In this document: one piece after another, positions 34,668 through 36,068 of the stretch
Layout: each line of letters begins with the position of its first letter
How positions within the stretch are numbered: the stretch's first letter is position 1
Source: a virus
Taxonomy: Duplodnaviria > Caudoviricetes
Reading direction: 5' to 3' (one strand)
Virus record (IMG/VR): IMGVR_UViG_3300027659_000102
Location: 1 to 36,068 of that record
Length of the DNA: 36,068 bases
Translations under genes and position numbers: made by a program
Notes under the pieces: generated by a model
What the model was told of the DNA's origin: nothing
The model's input: only the letters and a program-made list of their open reading frames with translations
Databases searched by the model: none

Positions 34668-35119
34668 GCCTTTTGTTCCTTTGTCACATAATCATGAATA
34701 TACTTGATGACATATTGTGCTTGTCTATCTTTGTCAATTGAAAACATGCCTATCTTTTCAACAATCCTAATTGGCAAATTGTAAATTGCCGATGCATGTC
34801 GAAGAATGCAAAATCTTTCATGTTCATCCAATACCCAATCCTGAAATCTGATTGAATCATAGGTGTATTCTGTGTCATGTTCATTTCTTGAAAACGCTTT
34901 GAATCCTTCATATTCAATGAAATCTTCCGAGCGAATCCATGCAAGTGCTTCCCAAAAATTGCCACGGAATCCTGAATTCTTTTCCCATATCCTGTCTAAA
35001 AACACATCCAAATCTTCAGGACTTCTCACCGCTGAATTTACAGACAATCCATCATAATTTGATTCGGGAAAATGGTCTGCAAAATACAATGTGTCTTGTT
35101 TCAAAATATCAAATCTCAT
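34664..35119 (-). CDS. Hypothetical protein
   Basis: AGGAG RBS; overlaps both neighbours. Confidence 0.7.
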   Translation of the reverse strand: MRFDILKQDTLYFADHFPESNYDGLSVNSAVRSPEDLDVFLDRIWEKNSGFRGNFWEALAWIRSEDFIEYEGFKAFSRNEHDTEYTYDSIRFQDWVLDEHERFCILRHASAIYNLPIRIVEKIGMFSIDKDRQAQYVIKYIHDYVTKEQKA

Positions 35120-35660
35120 GTTTTCTCCTGTTGCTTATTTCGTGTAAAAATTTATCAACTTTATTTGCAATGTCTCTTGATCTTGCGTAGCATTCCAAAT
35201 CATCAATGGCATCCTGAATTGATGTCGTGATTGTGCTTCGCTCTCTGTTGATTATTGGTGCAATCTGTTCATGCGTTTTCATAAAATAATAGTATGAAAA
35301 GAATGCAAAATATTTGCGTACCATTGGCAACGGTATTTTTCGTGATGCACCTAATACATCCACCACATCAACATCGAATTGCTGTGCCAAAAATATCAAC
35401 ATCAATTTGATATCATGTGGTGTTTTGTGTGAATGCTTATATCTGTTCCTGAACCTCTCTGCTGATTCTGAAAAATAGGATGCCGTTGGTGTTTCTTCAA
35501 TCATTGTATTTGCACGCCTTTGCGCTTTTGTTGGCATTGATCTTTTGAATAACTTTTCACGCTCTTTTCTTAAAGCCTCTGCCATGCTTCCATGATGTCT
35601 TTTGTTTTCCGCAACATTTGCAATTGCAGGAATTATTGTCATATTTCCCATTGCTTTCAT
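35109..35660 (-). CDS. Protein with DnaA domain IV-like HTH
   Basis: LAQQFDVDVVDVLGASRK..VRKY..THEQIAPIINRERSTITTSI aligns by eye with Bac_DnaA_C; no AAA+ domain. Confidence 0.78.
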   Translation of the reverse strand: MKAMGNMTIIPAIANVAENKRHHGSMAEALRKEREKLFKRSMPTKAQRRANTMIEETPTASYFSESAERFRNRYKHSHKTPHDIKLMLIFLAQQFDVDVVDVLGASRKIPLPMVRKYFAFFSYYYFMKTHEQIAPIINRERSTITTSIQDAIDDLECYARSRDIANKVDKFLHEISNRRKHEI

Positions 35661-36068
35661 CCTCTGTATTGTGCCATGACAGGTGCTGTCACTTTCGTGT
35701 TGCCTGCATTGATTTTGAGTAAATTGACAATGACAAGACTGCCATTCTTGGATGTGTTTGCAAGTGCCTTGAAATGTCTGATGTGCTTATGCCAAAACCC
35801 ATCATTGTATGCATTATGCAATGCCTGTTGAATTACACCATCATCAAATCCAAGTTTGTTCAATTTCTCATAAGCACGATAAGCATGAATCAATTGTTGC
35901 CTTGACTCAATATACATACATTCCTGAATTGTCAAATGCTTTTTTATCAAATCATTGAATTTATTGACTGAATTCTTGGTGCCATCTGAATAATCCTTCA
36001 AAGCATTGCCATTTTCTTTTGGCTTTGACTCTGATGAATCATCACAAAATTCCCCCCCTTTTTTCCCC
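35657..36068 (-). CDS. C-terminal part of the junction-spanning protein
   Basis: The frame is open from the right edge (GKKGGEFCDDSSESKPKENGNALKDYS...) to the stop at 35657, in frame with 170..1. Confidence 0.65.
   Translation of the reverse strand, partial: GKKGGEFCDDSSESKPKENGNALKDYSDGTKNSVNKFNDLIKKHLTIQECMYIESRQQLIHAYRAYEKLNKLGFDDGVIQQALHNAYNDGFWHKHIRHFKALANTSKNGSLVIVNLLKINAGNTKVTAPVMAQYRG

Larger units (their letters stand above)
1..36068 (-). mobile_element. Tailed bacteriophage genome (siphovirus-like, HK97-type head), probably complete
   Basis: Terminase, portal, protease, capsid, connector, tail tube, chaperone, tape measure, lysis and replication genes are all co-oriented; no host housekeeping genes; the reading frame is continuous across the two ends. 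Confidence 0.95.

Noticed and set aside
1-36068. Stop-codon reassignment or introns/inteins
   Set aside because: Core genes are intact and of normal length in code 11; TAA, TGA and TAG all serve as stops.

Overview
The window looks like a complete or nearly complete ~36 kb genome of an AT-rich tailed (siphovirus-like, HK97-fold) bacteriophage. Essentially every credible gene is on the minus strand. An ORF leaving the left edge re-enters in frame at the right edge, which suggests a circular or circularly permuted genome. In transcription order (right to left) the modules are: (1) replication and middle genes: DnaA domain IV-like protein, GT2, T7/Twinkle-type primase-helicase, DUF559-like nuclease, GH19 endolysin, DUF3127 SSB-like protein and a second GT2; (2) a lysis cassette and a fibre-gene cluster placed before the terminase; (3) metallophosphoesterase and ParB-methyltransferase; (4) terminase, portal-MuF fusion, protease and capsid; (5) connector and tail genes, with a third GT2 directly upstream of the tail tube gene, a tail chaperone pair offset by +1/-2 instead of -1, and a tape measure; (6) an early region with two repeated Bacteroidota-type promoters and a Sak4-like/PD-(D/E)XK recombination module. 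I found no integrase, repressor, tRNA, CRISPR array or reverse transcriptase. The leading candidates for new biology are a putative 3'-UTR sRNA complementary to a shared GGAGCA ribosome-binding motif of early genes, a possible virion-glycosylation system, and a two-state RNA leader complementary to late-operon terminators. All family calls come from motif recognition by eye, not from database searches.
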